From the NCBI GenBank assembly GCA_023622515.1, contig JAMNZB010000030.1, positions 414 through 64,413 on the forward strand: DNA of 64,000 nucleotides, in the 5' to 3' direction. The notes beneath the pieces are model-generated. The model did no database searches. It had not been told where the DNA came from and saw nothing but the letters and a program-made list of their open reading frames with translations. Source of the DNA: Bacillota bacterium. Its GTDB lineage: Bacteria; Bacillota; Clostridia; Saccharofermentanales; DTU023. The position numbers and the translations under genes are program-made. Shown here piece by piece: positions 46,857 through 56,149 of this stretch (the first letter of the stretch is position 1; every line of letters begins with the position of its first letter).

Positions 46857-46886
46857 CAAAAAAGGAGCCGAATACTAATCCGGCTC
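46857..46886 (-). terminator. intrinsic terminator of the LRR surface-protein gene
   Basis: GGAGCCG / CGGCTCC stem. On the minus strand it is followed by TTTTTTGAG. Confidence 0.75.
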
Positions 46887-47060
46887 CTCTCCATTAGTCT
46901 ATGGGTTTTCACTTAATGGTTTTTTACTTATTAGATTTTTGCTCATTAGATTCTTGCTTACTATTAGTTAGTTTAGCAATTCTCTTCTTACAAACAGTTA
47001 TTTTCTCATCGCCATTCTTTCAAGCAAACAGTTTTTCGCTATTTGCTATTCCTCCACCGC

Positions 47061-48425
47061 CTATCTTTTGCGGACGGTTAACAAGAGAGCACCGGCTGCT
47101 ATAAGGATTAAGTTCAGCCCTTGATATGGGCCACTCGCCACCCCTGTTTTCGGCAAGGCCTGAACGGCGTCGGCAGCTGCGGCTACAGGCTTTGTTGTTT
47201 CCGCCGGAACACTTACCGCTAGCGTTTCCACTGGACTCGCTGCTTGCGCTGCTTCCGGAGCTAGCATCAGAATTTTTTGCCAGATGGCTGTAAAGCTATG
47301 GCCGCCAAGAGGTACCACAAACGGATCACCCGGCTGATAGTGCGAACCTTGCCAATGTGAGAACTTATAGCCATCCCGTACGGGGGCCTCAATAATACTG
47401 ATTTGGTCTCCGGCTTTGGCTTTAAGTGTTTTGACGCCGCTTGTATCATCTTGCCATCTGCCGCCTGACGGGTCAAAGGAAATCGTTTCCAGCTTGTCTG
47501 CCGGAGGCGGATTAACAACATAGTTCAGGCTGACTGTTACGTCCATTAGGGTGGAGTCTCTCGGCGGAGCGACCGGATTTGCCGGAAGCCCCTTGGGTTG
47601 ATTACCGGGATTGGGGGGAGCCTGGAGCATCGGGGCTAAAATTGCACCGGAGTCGTACCAATAGACTATTTTCGGTAGATTAACAGCCGGGTCTTGCAAT
47701 ATATTTGGGTCTACAGTCAAAATTCCACTAGCCGCATCATAGTTTGCGCCGGCGGGCAAGTCATTGGCATTTGGGTCTTGGCCATTATAGAGTGGACCGT
47801 ATATATCTTGTTCAGTTACAAATCTAATATTGTCGATATTCACACCCGGGATGGCCTTTAAATCAAACTGATAGCGATTGTTTACAAGGCTAGCTTGTAA
47901 GGGGAGCGGATACTTTTGGCCTCCGAGCATAAGACCATAAAAGTTGCGGTTCAACAGATTAATAGCGGTTAAGTGGTTGGCATGGCAAGCTAGCAACTGT
48001 AGCTGATTGTTCTTTGTCAAGTCCAGGGCAGTTAAGCGGTTGTTATCAATCCAAAGGCTTTGTAGCTGAGTGTTTTGGCTTAGGTTTACGGAAGTCAGTA
48101 AATTGTCACTCACATTCAAATTCTGGAGTTGGGTAAAATGCTCTACCCCTTTAAGGTTGGCAATTTTATCAGGCAAGTAAGCATAGTTTATATCCTGCGC
48201 CACCAATATTTCATTTGCATCTAGGATATCATTCGCATCATTATCAAAGTTGCTCTTCACATACATTTCGAAATTTAGATCAGGGAAGTTGCTTTCATTT
48301 ATCGCCACACCTTGTGGAGGGGGGGCCGCTTCCATGACCGCTACCGGCTGATGGACCCGGAACATAAGTGCCATCAGCAATGTCAGTACAAAAAATACTA
48401 TTTTTTTCTTTCTCTGTCTTAGCAT
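47061..48425 (-). CDS. LPXTG-anchored leucine-rich-repeat surface protein
   Basis: Signal peptide from ATG 48425 (GGGAGGA SD). About 5 LRRs (..LQNLNVSDNLLTSVNLSQNTQLQSLWIDNNRLTALDL..), a Listeria/Bacteroides-type repeat (..GYKFSHWQG..), then LPKTG plus a hydrophobic stretch and RKR. Confidence 0.85.
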   Translation of the reverse strand: MLRQRKKKIVFFVLTLLMALMFRVHQPVAVMEAAPPPQGVAINESNFPDLNFEMYVKSNFDNDANDILDANEILVAQDINYAYLPDKIANLKGVEHFTQLQNLNVSDNLLTSVNLSQNTQLQSLWIDNNRLTALDLTKNNQLQLLACHANHLTAINLLNRNFYGLMLGGQKYPLPLQASLVNNRYQFDLKAIPGVNIDNIRFVTEQDIYGPLYNGQDPNANDLPAGANYDAASGILTVDPNILQDPAVNLPKIVYWYDSGAILAPMLQAPPNPGNQPKGLPANPVAPPRDSTLMDVTVSLNYVVNPPPADKLETISFDPSGGRWQDDTSGVKTLKAKAGDQISIIEAPVRDGYKFSHWQGSHYQPGDPFVVPLGGHSFTAIWQKILMLAPEAAQAASPVETLAVSVPAETTKPVAAAADAVQALPKTGVASGPYQGLNLILIAAGALLLTVRKR

Positions 48426-48854
48426 AAAATAATCCTCCCAAAAAGCTCCTGATAAAGTTTGCTTACACCCATTTACGGAGCAATTAATCACTCTTGGCAA
48501 AGTTCCCGGGAAAACTCTACTTTCCTATACCTTTGCCATGAAAACAACTTCTACTTGTATTCGCACAAGCTTTTTAATATGAACTAGGAACACAGCCAGG
48601 AACATAGCCAGCTAACTTTTATTTTAAAAGGAAATGCTTGCTTTGTAGTGTGTGCATTTCTCACTATTTCTTATTTTTATGTAAGATTTGCCAGCTTAAT
48701 TGCCAATAAGATTGTCTATGCAAATTCAGAGGATTGACTTAATTAAATGAACTTTACGAGAATTCCAAGTCGGACTACGAATCTATTAAAAATTAAGTAA
48801 AATTAAGCCATGGGGAATTTGTTCGCAATCGCTATTCTTTCAAGGCTTTTCATG

Positions 48855-48892
48855 AAAACAACGGCAAGTAGCTAGAGCCGCTGCTTGCCGTT
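48855..48892 (-). terminator. probable intrinsic terminator of the flavodoxin operon
   Basis: AACGGCAAG (48860-48868) pairs with CTTGCCGTT (48884-48892). The minus-strand tail is GTTTTCATG. Confidence 0.55.
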
Positions 48893-48934
48893 GTCTCCTA
48901 AAGCAAAATTTGTATACTTCTTTAAATTATAAAA

Positions 48935-49360
48935 TTATACCAGCCGGCCTCCAAGAGCTTCACAAGCGGCTAGCCCATCGGCATCGGGATCTTCGTTTAC
49001 AATTAAGCCGTCTTCCAAAAGATTGGCCCCCAAGCCCCTAACTTCTTCTTCCCAATTTCTCATCCACTCTCCATCACCCCAACCATAAGAGCCGAAAAGA
49101 ACAATTTTCCTTTCTCCCAAATCGTTTTTAATGGAGTCGAACATGGGTTGGAATTCCGTTTCTTCTAAAACTTCAGCACCCATGGAGGGACAGCCCAAGG
49201 CCAGTCCTTCATAGTCCTCTAATAGCGAAGGAGTAAACTCTGAGGCTTCAAACACGTCTACATTTCCGCCCTTTGCTTTGGCTCCGTCTGCAACGGCCTC
49301 AGCCATCTTTTGTGTATTTCCTGTTCCACTCCAATAAACTACAGCAATTTTTCCCATCAT
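48935..49360 (-). CDS. short-chain flavodoxin
   Basis: ..IAVVYWSGTGNTQKMAE.. FMN-phosphate loop and ..LFGSYGWGDGEWM... AAAGGAGG SD. The second ATG at 49357 is also possible. Confidence 0.9.
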   Translation of the reverse strand: MMGKIAVVYWSGTGNTQKMAEAVADGAKAKGGNVDVFEASEFTPSLLEDYEGLALGCPSMGAEVLEETEFQPMFDSIKNDLGERKIVLFGSYGWGDGEWMRNWEEEVRGLGANLLEDGLIVNEDPDADGLAACEALGGRLV

Positions 49361-49378
49361 GAACCTCCTTTGAATGTT

Positions 49379-49948
49379 TTAAACTGCAATCGTTAAACTC
49401 TCTATACTTCTTCCCTTTTGCCAATTGTCATAATAAATCTCACTACAGGCCTTAAAGGCTTCTGCTTTACTCTTTGCCTTTGCGACATCGGAATAAACTA
49501 GCCAGGTGGCATTACACTTGGCCTCCCCGGGTCCTAGTTCTATAAAACTGATAACATCCTCTGCCGGATAACCTAAGAAAAAGCCGATTTCATGTAAAAA
49601 TTCAGGGCTTTCCGACAGCCTGTTAATGTACTCTCGTACACAGGCTGCTGTTTCTTCCACCGGATAGCCTAAGTTGGCTAAAAAACACCTGCATTTCTTG
49701 CACTGCAAATCCTGCTCTAATAAATCAGGTCGGTAGATATAAAGCAAGGTCCTATTTTCTTGGCATTTTATTGGGATAAGTCGGATATTTTTCTTGCGGG
49801 CCCTGGAGTTAAAAAGAGTAACTGACTTTTTTAAGTTTTCATCATATTTTTCCGCAATCGCAAAAAGATTTCCTGTTTTAATTCCGGCTAAGGTGGGGGC
49901 AGAATGGCGTATTAGCAGCTCATTAAGACAGCAGTTACTCATTTTCAT
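49379..49948 (-). CDS. DUF3793-family protein
   Basis: 189 aa with the pattern ..APTLAGIKTGNLF.., ..HEIGFFLGYPAEDV.. recalled from DUF3793. It is coupled to the flavodoxin gene by an 18-nt gap. Confidence 0.7.
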   Translation of the reverse strand: MKMSNCCLNELLIRHSAPTLAGIKTGNLFAIAEKYDENLKKSVTLFNSRARKKNIRLIPIKCQENRTLLYIYRPDLLEQDLQCKKCRCFLANLGYPVEETAACVREYINRLSESPEFLHEIGFFLGYPAEDVISFIELGPGEAKCNATWLVYSDVAKAKSKAEAFKACSEIYYDNWQKGRSIESLTIAV

Positions 49949-49968
49949 TCCTCGGTGCTTCTAACAAG

Positions 49969-49998
49969 AATTATAGTTAGCTAAAGCTAACTATAATT
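49969..49998. promoter_or_regulatory. 30-bp perfect palindrome (operator / divergent promoter element candidate)
   Basis: AATTATAGTTAGCT-AA-AGCTAACTATAATT with 14-bp perfect arms, starting 21 bp upstream of the DUF3793 start. It contains TATAAT in both orientations. Confidence 0.5.
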
Positions 49999-50215
49999 GC
50001 AGTTTAGCACACCTTACCCATTTGTCAAGCATTTTTTCTTACTGAAACAAGCTGCCGCAAAGATAAGATAAGCTCACAGATAATATAAGGCTAAAGATAG
50101 GACAAGGTCACAGACTTACACTTAAAGCGGCGGATGGAAATCCTTCGACTTGGTTTTTACTATGCTAATAAAAGTATACAATAGTAGCTAAAACAGTAAT
50201 CAGAAAGGATTATTT

Positions 50216-51454
50216 ATGTCAAAAAGAAGTGAAATGTTGAAGAAGTATGCGGCCGCTATAGCCTATGCCGGTATTAATGTAAAAGACGGGGACAACATCG
50301 TAATCACTACCGACGTTTACTCCTTGCCTTTAACCCGCGAAGTGGCCCGACTTTGTTGGAAGGAGGGGGCAAGGGATGTCCTTGTGAATATAAGCGACCA
50401 AGAGCTCTCCCTCATTAGTTATGAAGAAGCCTCTCTTGAATCCTTGGGCCAAGTAGCCGACTTTAAAGTAGCCTACAAGATCGCCCAAATGGATAATAAA
50501 TACCACCGGATTTTTATAGGAACACCGGCACCGGGCTTCTACAAGGATATTCCCCAAGATAAAATGCAAGCCGCCCAACGGGCAGGAGCAAAGGCTTCTG
50601 AGCCCCTGCAAAAGTATATGGATTCCGGAGAAATTAAATGGACGGCGACCAGTACCGCTTCCCCTCTATGGGCAAAGGAAGTCTTCCCAGACCTCGCCGA
50701 AGAAGAAGCCGTTGAAAAGTTATGGGAGCTCATTTTCCGGGCCTGCCGGATAGATACCGACGATCCTGTCGCAAGTTGGCGCGAGCATGACAGCAAGCTG
50801 AAACAATATGAGACTTGGCTTGATGAACAGAACTTCGACTATTTAAAACTTGAAGGGCCGGGAACCGACTTAACCCTCCACCTTGCCGATGGCCACAAAT
50901 GGATTGGCGGCTCCTCCGAAACACCTGACGGTGTGAAGTATATCGCTAATATGCCAACGGAAGAAATCTTCACTACCCCCCATAAGGATAAGGTCAACGG
51001 CAGGGTTCGTTCAACGAAACCCCTATCTGTAATGGGAAAAATAATTGAGAACTTTGAACTGGAATTTAAGGATGGGGAAGTCATCGCCTGGCAAGCAGAA
51101 GAAAACGGAGAAATGCTGGATATTCTCTTTGGCACCGACGAGGGGGCAAAGAGATTGGGCGAGGTAGCTATTGTTCCCCACTCTTCACCTATTTCTGCGA
51201 CCAATGTCCTCTTTAAGTCAACCCTCTTTGATGAGAATGCCTCTTGCCATTTAGCCTTAGGCCAGGCCTATGCGGAAGCTATCCTCGAGGGTGAAAAACT
51301 AAGCGATGAAGAGAGGGCGGCAAGGGGAGCTAATAAGTCCATGATTCATGTCGACTTTATGATTGGCAGCGACAGCTTCAATGTAACCGGCTATAAAAAA
51401 GACGGTAGACCTGTAAGCATTTTGGAAAATGGCGAATGGGCCGTTAAGCTTTAA
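50216..51454 (+). CDS. M29 family aminopeptidase (AmpS/PepS type)
   Basis: 412 aa with the typical ..YA...AGINV..G....I......PL.R.... N-terminus and ..HLALG.AY.. / ..S.IHVDFMIG.. near the C-terminus. Confidence 0.88.
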   Translation: MSKRSEMLKKYAAAIAYAGINVKDGDNIVITTDVYSLPLTREVARLCWKEGARDVLVNISDQELSLISYEEASLESLGQVADFKVAYKIAQMDNKYHRIFIGTPAPGFYKDIPQDKMQAAQRAGAKASEPLQKYMDSGEIKWTATSTASPLWAKEVFPDLAEEEAVEKLWELIFRACRIDTDDPVASWREHDSKLKQYETWLDEQNFDYLKLEGPGTDLTLHLADGHKWIGGSSETPDGVKYIANMPTEEIFTTPHKDKVNGRVRSTKPLSVMGKIIENFELEFKDGEVIAWQAEENGEMLDILFGTDEGAKRLGEVAIVPHSSPISATNVLFKSTLFDENASCHLALGQAYAEAILEGEKLSDEERAARGANKSMIHVDFMIGSDSFNVTGYKKDGRPVSILENGEWAVKL

Positions 51455-51519
51455 GACCATTAATCAGCTTTTATCAGGGATGAAACAGGTCCGGTAAAAA
51501 GCTCGAAAAAGCTAAAACC

Positions 51520-51546
51520 GGGCCTTTTCTCGGCCCTTTTCTTTTC
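51520..51546 (+). terminator. possible intrinsic terminator
   Basis: GGGCC / GGCCC 5-bp GC stem with a 7-nt loop, followed by TTTTCTTTTC. Confidence 0.45.
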
Positions 51547-51613
51547 TTAATTTATTATAAATGTTAGAATATAGGAAGATTCTATTAAGCAAAAAAATGT
51601 ATTTGGAGGTTTT

Positions 51614-52792
51614 ATGAAAAATGTTGTCATCGTCGCTGCAAAGCGCACAGCTATCGGTTCCTTCGGCGGATCTTTAAAAGGTATTTCGGCCGTAGAGCTT
51701 GGCTCAATTGTTGTCAAAAACATTCTGGAAACAAGCGGTGTTAAACCGGAACTTGTCGACGAGCTTATTTTCGGTAACGTGCTCCAGGCAGGGCTGGGAC
51801 AGAATGTTGCCCGCCAGGTAGCTATAGCAGCAGGAATCCCCCAAGAAGTTCCCTCTTTTACCGTAAACAAGGTTTGCGGCTCCGGACTAAAATCGGTCCA
51901 ACTGGCTGCCCAGGCGATTATGGCCGGTGATGCCGAAATCATCGTTGCCGGCGGCACGGAAAACATGAGTCAGGCACCCTATCTCATGCCAAATGCCCGC
52001 TGGGGTGCCCGCATGGGAGATACCACTTTAATTGACTCCATGACCCACGATGGGCTTACCGACATCTTCAGCGGAAAACACATGGGTATTACAGCGGAAA
52101 ATATCGTTGAGCAATTTAACTTCACCCGCGAAGAGCTGGATGAGCTGGCCGCAACGAGCCAACAGAGAGCCGAAGCCGCCTTGGCGGAAAACCGTTTTGC
52201 CGATGAAATCGTAGCAATTCCCATTCCCCAGCGGAAGGCCGACCCCATTATTTTCGATAAAGATGAGTTTCCCCGACCCGGCGTAACCGCCGAATCCATC
52301 GCCAAGCTTCGCCCGGCCTTTAAAGCAGACGGAGTCGTTACCGCAGCCAATTCCTCCGGTATTAATGACGGAGCAGCGGCCCTCCTCCTCATGAGTGAGG
52401 CTAAGTGCAAGGAACTCGGGCTCACACCGCTCGTAAAAATTATCTCCAGCGCCAGTGCCGGAGTTGACCCTGCTATTATGGGAACCGGCCCCATTCCTGC
52501 AACAAGAAAGGCCCTGGTAAAAGCCGGCTTAAGCCTTGATGACCTTGATTTAATCGAGGCCAACGAAGCTTTCGCTGCCCAGGCTCTCTCTGTCATGAAA
52601 GAGCTCAAGCTGAACCCGGATATCGTCAATGTAAACGGCGGCGCCATCGCTTTAGGCCATCCGATTGGAGCCAGCGGAGCCCGAATCTTGGTCACACTGA
52701 TCTATGAAATGCAAAAACGCGATGCGAAAAAAGGTCTGGCCACACTTTGTATTGGCGGCGGGCAAGGCATTGCCATGATTGTTGAGAGGTAA
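51614..52792 (+). CDS. atoB: acetyl-CoA C-acetyltransferase (thiolase II)
   Basis: Active-site contexts ..[11 protein letters not shown].., ..[18 protein letters not shown].., ..LCIGGGQG... Confidence 0.95.
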   Translation: MKNVVIVAAKRTAIGSFGGSLKGISAVELGSIVVKNILETSGVKPELVDELIFGNVLQAGLGQNVARQVAIAAGIPQEVPSFTVNKVCGSGLKSVQLAAQAIMAGDAEIIVAGGTENMSQAPYLMPNARWGARMGDTTLIDSMTHDGLTDIFSGKHMGITAENIVEQFNFTREELDELAATSQQRAEAALAENRFADEIVAIPIPQRKADPIIFDKDEFPRPGVTAESIAKLRPAFKADGVVTAANSSGINDGAAALLLMSEAKCKELGLTPLVKIISSASAGVDPAIMGTGPIPATRKALVKAGLSLDDLDLIEANEAFAAQALSVMKELKLNPDIVNVNGGAIALGHPIGASGARILVTLIYEMQKRDAKKGLATLCIGGGQGIAMIVER

Positions 52793-52795
52793 GTT

Positions 52796-53455
52796 ATGGG
52801 GAAGCGTATTTCAATAGAAAAAGCAACAAGTTTTGTTAAGGATGGCGATACCCTCATGGTAGGAGGCTTCCTTGCAGTCGGTACACCGGAAAAGTTAATT
52901 GATGCCCTGGTTGAAAAAGGGGTTAAAGGCTTAACCCTCATTGCCAATGATACCGCCTTTGAAGACCGCGGTGTCGGCAAGATGGTCGTCGCCAAACAAT
53001 TCAAAAAGATTATTGCCAGCCATATCGGAACCAATAGAGAAACCGGCCGCCAGATGAACGAGGGTGAGACCGAGGTCGTTTTGACCCCACAAGGAACCCT
53101 TGCCGAACAAATCCGGGCTGCCGGCTATGGCCTGGGTGGAGTTCTCACACCAACCGGCTTAGGTACAGAAGTTGCTGAGGGCAAGCGCACCATCGAAGTT
53201 CAAGGCAAGGAATATCTCTTGGAAAAACCCTTGAAGGCTAATGTTGCCCTTATTTATGCCAATAAGGCGGATAGAAGGGGCAATCTCATCTTCCACGGCT
53301 CCACCAGAAACTTTAATACCCTTATGGCCACCGCTGCCGATGTGGTTATTGCCTATGTAGACGAAGTGGTGGAAACGGGAGAAATTAATCAAAATGACGT
53401 TATCGTTCCGGGCCTGTTTGTAGATTACATTGTAGATGGAGGGGCAAATGAATAA
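52796..53455 (+). CDS. atoD: 3-oxoacid/acetate CoA-transferase subunit A
   Basis: ..DGDTLMVGGF...G.P..LI.AL.. and ..SHIG.N.. patterns. 219 aa. Confidence 0.9.
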   Translation: MGKRISIEKATSFVKDGDTLMVGGFLAVGTPEKLIDALVEKGVKGLTLIANDTAFEDRGVGKMVVAKQFKKIIASHIGTNRETGRQMNEGETEVVLTPQGTLAEQIRAAGYGLGGVLTPTGLGTEVAEGKRTIEVQGKEYLLEKPLKANVALIYANKADRRGNLIFHGSTRNFNTLMATAADVVIAYVDEVVETGEINQNDVIVPGLFVDYIVDGGANE

Positions 53456-54104
53456 ACAGCAGATTCAAGAGTTTATCGCACAGCGAGTAGCCAGAGAGTT
53501 AAAAAATGGCGACCTGGTCAACCTGGGTATCGGCCTGCCTACCCTGGTTGCCAACTATATCCCTGAAGATATTCAGGTTGATTTCCATTCGGAAAACGGT
53601 TTTGTCGGTATGGGACCGGCTCCCGAAGAAGAAAATATCGATCCCCACATTTCCAATGCCGGTGGTTCACCGGTCAGCATTCTTGACGGCGGGGTCTTCT
53701 TTGACTCGGCTAAATCTTTCGGTATTATTCGTGGCGGCCATGTCGATGCAACCATCTTAGGAGCCCTCCAAGTAGATGAAAAAGGCAACCTGGCCAGCCA
53801 TATGATTCCCGGGAAAATGGTTCCGGGCATGGGCGGAGCCATGGACCTTGTTGTTGGCGCTAAACGTACCATAGTGGCTATGCAGCACACAGCAAAAGGT
53901 AATCCGAAAATTATGAAGGAATGCACCCTTCCTCTAACCGCACCAAAGGCTGTTGACCTTATTGTCACGGAGATGTGCGTTCTTGAAGTCCGCCCCGAAG
54001 GCCTCGTCATGACAGAACTCAATCCCGAGTTCACTATAGAAGATGTCCGGGCGGTTACCGAGGCTGAAATTATTGTTGCCGACAATCTGAAAGAAATGAA
54101 TTAG
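53448..54104 (+). CDS. atoA: 3-oxoacid/acetate CoA-transferase subunit B
   Basis: ..LVNLGIGLPT.., catalytic-Glu context ..HSENGFVGMGP... ATG 53448 lies after GGAGGGG and overlaps the subunit A stop. Confidence 0.9.
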   Translation: MNKQQIQEFIAQRVARELKNGDLVNLGIGLPTLVANYIPEDIQVDFHSENGFVGMGPAPEEENIDPHISNAGGSPVSILDGGVFFDSAKSFGIIRGGHVDATILGALQVDEKGNLASHMIPGKMVPGMGGAMDLVVGAKRTIVAMQHTAKGNPKIMKECTLPLTAPKAVDLIVTEMCVLEVRPEGLVMTELNPEFTIEDVRAVTEAEIIVADNLKEMN

Positions 54105-54163
54105 GTTTTCTGACCGGAAGCTTAAGGCAACTAGGTAAGAAATCTAAGAGAAGAAAAATTAAG

Positions 54164-54210
54164 ACCGATGCTGTCCAAGGGCTAGAGCTAAAAGGCAGCA
54201 TCGGTTTTTA
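54164..54210 (+). terminator. intrinsic terminator of the thiolase/CoA-transferase operon
   Basis: ACCGATGCTG / CAGCATCGGT 10-bp stem followed by TTTTTAA. Confidence 0.75.
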
Positions 54211-54280
54211 ACTTTGAGCAGAAACAGACTACTTGCCACAGGTCTTCTGCTCCTTTTATTTTGTTCATGAAACATGGCGA

Positions 54281-54325
54281 GGAAAAGCAAGGCAGATAAG
54301 ATCCGGGGCTTGCTTTTTCTCCTTT
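54281..54325 (-). terminator. probable terminator of the radical SAM gene
   Basis: AAAAGCAAG / CTTGCTTTT stem with T-rich flanks on both strands. Confidence 0.45.
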
Positions 54326-54376
54326 TTAAGCGGGATACCGGCTTACTGTTTTTAGGCTAATTTTTTAGCAGCTGCT

Positions 54377-54472
54377 GCTTTTTAGGGTTATTGCTTTTTA
54401 GGGTTATTGTTTTTTAGAGTTATTGCTTTTTAGAGTTATTGCTTTCTAGAGTTTCCGATTTTAGGGTTTCCG
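54377..54472. repeat. 16-bp head-to-tail tandem array, about 6 units (GCTTTTTAGGGTTATT and variants)
   Basis: Units start at 54377, 54393, 54409, 54425, 54441 and 54457. The first two are identical and later ones diverge progressively. The last unit contains the radical SAM stop codon. Confidence 0.85.
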
Positions 54473-55834
54473 GCTTTCAGCAACTACTGCTTTTTTAGCA
54501 AGCCTGTTTTCAGCCCATAAGTCCTCAGCGACAGGAGCCCAGTTCTCAGCATAAGAGTCACACCTGGAACACAAGGCTTCCACCGGCTCCGGCGACTCTA
54601 AATCGGTTGAAGCGGCACCTGTTTTCTCCACAATGGCTCTAAGCTTATCCGGATTTTCCAACATGGGGCAGGGCCTTAACATGTTTTCATTAAAGGGCTG
54701 TCCCTCGCGGTAGGCCATAAAAAGAGGCGACTGTAAACCTTCAAGCAAGGTTTTTTCGCGAATGTTGGAATCGGAATAGTGGATAAAGACACAAGGATCC
54801 ATGTCGCCATTAGCATTGATATGTAGGTAGCGGCGTCCGCCCGCAATACAGCCACCGACAAACTCACCATCATTTTGGAAATCAATAGCAAAGAGCGGCT
54901 TTGTATTCCGATAATGTCGAATACGCCGATACATTTCAACACGTTGTTCCGGTGTGGGCAGCAGGTCGGGAACGGCCCTTCTTCCTACCGGCATATAGTG
55001 GAAGTACCAAATAAAATAGGCTCCCGTATCAATAAGACTGTCATAGTATTCTTCTGAAGAAATGGACTCGAAGTTTTCCCGTGTATAACAGGATGATATA
55101 CCATAGATCAGCTTCTTCTCTTTTAAGAGTTTCATTGCCGATAGAGCCTTTTTATAGACACCCTCACCACGGCGGGAGTCCGTGGCTTCCTCAAATCCTT
55201 CTAAGGAAATAGCCGGAACAAAGTTCTTCACCCTAAGCATAGCGTCTGCAAATTCTTCATCAATCAGAGTTCCGTTTGTAAAGGCAAGGAAAATACAGTC
55301 ATCATGCACTTCACAAAGACGCAACAAATCTTTTTTCCTTACCAGGGGCTCTCCGCCGGTGTAGATGTACATGTATACACCCATTTCTTTGCCTTGAAGA
55401 ATGATACTATTGATTTCTTCATAGCTAAGATTCAGCTTGTTTCCGTATTCCGAGGCCCAACAGCCGGCACATTGGAGGTTACAGGCCGAAGTCGGATCAA
55501 GTAAAATGGCCCAAGGAATATTACATTGATATTTTTCCCGCATTTCCTCCTGTTTTTGCCCACCATCTAAGCTGGCATTAACAAAAAAGTTCACCGCTAG
55601 AGTGATAAGCACTTCTTTATCAATATCACTAAATAAGCGGCGAACAAAAGTATAGTAAGGATTTTCAGGGTCAGTAACGGCCTTGCGAATAACTGCAATT
55701 TGAGCGTCAAACTCTCCCTTTCCGAAGACACTTGCCCAATCTAGCAATTTCAGCATATTCTTTTCAGGATTCTTATAAAGATATTTTACAGCCTCCTGAA
55801 TACCTAATTTTTTCAATCTTGAAGCTAAACTCAT
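54461..55834 (-). CDS. radical SAM enzyme with a C-terminal twitch/partial-SPASM domain, substrate unknown
   Basis: CNLQCAGC (CxxxCxxC) cluster motif, ..YTGGEPL.. and a C-terminal C-x13-G-x4-C. 457 aa. Confidence 0.85.
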   Translation of the reverse strand: MSLASRLKKLGIQEAVKYLYKNPEKNMLKLLDWASVFGKGEFDAQIAVIRKAVTDPENPYYTFVRRLFSDIDKEVLITLAVNFFVNASLDGGQKQEEMREKYQCNIPWAILLDPTSACNLQCAGCWASEYGNKLNLSYEEINSIILQGKEMGVYMYIYTGGEPLVRKKDLLRLCEVHDDCIFLAFTNGTLIDEEFADAMLRVKNFVPAISLEGFEEATDSRRGEGVYKKALSAMKLLKEKKLIYGISSCYTRENFESISSEEYYDSLIDTGAYFIWYFHYMPVGRRAVPDLLPTPEQRVEMYRRIRHYRNTKPLFAIDFQNDGEFVGGCIAGGRRYLHINANGDMDPCVFIHYSDSNIREKTLLEGLQSPLFMAYREGQPFNENMLRPCPMLENPDKLRAIVEKTGAASTDLESPEPVEALCSRCDSYAENWAPVAEDLWAENRLAKKAVVAESRKP

Positions 55835-55933
55835 AGTTATTCCTTTCTTCCTTATAAAACACCTTCATACGTAAGAAACCCGGACCACCAGGGCTTACCG
55901 GCCTGAACTATTTCCATAGCTTTTCCTATTTAA

Positions 55934-55962
55934 AGTATAGCGATTAGCAGTTTTGATGACTA
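55934..55962 (-). promoter_or_regulatory. promoter candidate for the radical SAM gene
   Basis: Minus strand: TAGTCA (55962-55957), 17 nt, TATACT (55939-55934). Confidence 0.3.
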
Positions 55963-56003
55963 TGGAGAAAATTTTTATACTATCCTAAATCACATAATTT
56001 TTT

Positions 56004-56047
56004 AAAATTGCGCAAAATCAAAGAAAATTGAAAAATTGCGCAAAATC
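56004..56047. promoter_or_regulatory. two copies of AAAATTGCGCAAAATC (core palindrome TTGCGCAA), 28-bp period
   Basis: Copies at 56004-56019 and 56032-56047, between the TetR stop and the radical SAM start. Confidence 0.45.
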
Positions 56048-56058
56048 GCACAAAATTT

Positions 56059-56149
56059 AGTTTTTACGCAAGCGTATGGAAAGAAGACGAAGCTTTCGGA
56101 ATCATCAAGCCTACTACAAAGTTTTTACGCAAGCGTATGGAAAGAAGAC
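56059..56149. repeat. 30-bp perfect direct repeat (AGTTTTTACGCAAGCGTATGGAAAGAAGAC), 61-bp period
   Basis: Copies at 56059-56088 and 56120-56149. Each contains the TACGC-AA-GCGTA palindrome. The sequences between and after the copies are only weakly similar. Confidence 0.85.

Noticed and set aside
51547-54085. Long antisense ORFs (51547..51966-, 51979..52695-, 52702..53034-, 53573..54085-)
   Set aside because: They are shadow frames opposite the strongly supported thiolase and CoA-transferase genes. Their products are Ser/Ala/Pro-rich low-complexity sequences. The same reasoning applies to the other internal or antisense track ORFs across the window.
54377-54472. CRISPR array
   Set aside because: The units are contiguous 16-mers with no spacers, there is no leader or cas genes, and the units decay progressively. 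This is a plain tandem repeat.
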